Shown in pieces: positions 63,901 through 64,000 of a DNA stretch of 64,000 nt. Every line of letters begins with the position of its first letter. The stretch's first letter is position 1. The notes beneath the pieces are model-generated. The model was not told where the DNA came from and made no database searches. It saw only the letters and a program-made list of their open reading frames with translations. Location of the stretch: positions 549,513 to 613,512 of the forward strand of contig RHPI01001507.1 of NCBI GenBank assembly GCA_009103225.1. Direction: 5' to 3'. Origin of the DNA: Chlorokybus atmophyticus (taxonomy: Eukaryota; Plantae; Mesostigma and Chlorokybus algae). The position numbers and the translations under genes were made by a program.

Positions 63901-64000
63901 CGCCAAAACTGCATCAATGTGTTTGCACCACCTACCCACACAAGCAACACACTATTATTCAACACCACCCTCTCCTTACGCGCTCTCGGTCTTTGCACTC

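Noticed and set aside
60000-64000. Short ORFs upstream of aconitase
   Set aside because: No codon bias, recognisable motifs or consistent splice pattern; treated as intergenic. No tRNA or rRNA gene was recognised anywhere in the window.

Overview
Eukaryotic nuclear DNA with GT-AG introns, N gaps and microsatellites. The plant-type AcnA/IRP-like aconitase, short introns and mid-range GC suggest a green-lineage organism, possibly a streptophyte alga (inference). The first ~48 kb is a nested transposon graveyard. It holds two complete chromodomain Ty3/Gypsy elements with LTRs, PBS, PPT and target-site duplications (3973-10238 +, TSD GGGCC; 41830-47879 -, TSD CAAAC), an older Gypsy element split by the first one, and nested Ty1/Copia relics. 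It also has two solo LTRs with TSDs, a 507-bp TRIM, and an unclassified >2.4-kb repeat present twice. Several spliced or decayed host-like genes are embedded in this region, including a relic with OTU-like and RING-like motifs. The last 14 kb holds two convergent intact genes: a 3-exon, 212-aa secreted protein with two HxT motifs (2H phosphoesterase fold; 50597-51949 +) and a 17-exon, 1014-aa aconitase with transit peptide (59859-54429 -). The best leads are the secreted 2H protein, the OTU+RING relic, a conserved -1 frameshift cassette in both Gypsy elements, the TRIM sharing priming signals with one Gypsy, a near-perfect 82-nt hairpin in aconitase intron 3, and a weak IRE-like hairpin upstream of aconitase. 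All family assignments come from reading motifs by eye; no searches were run.
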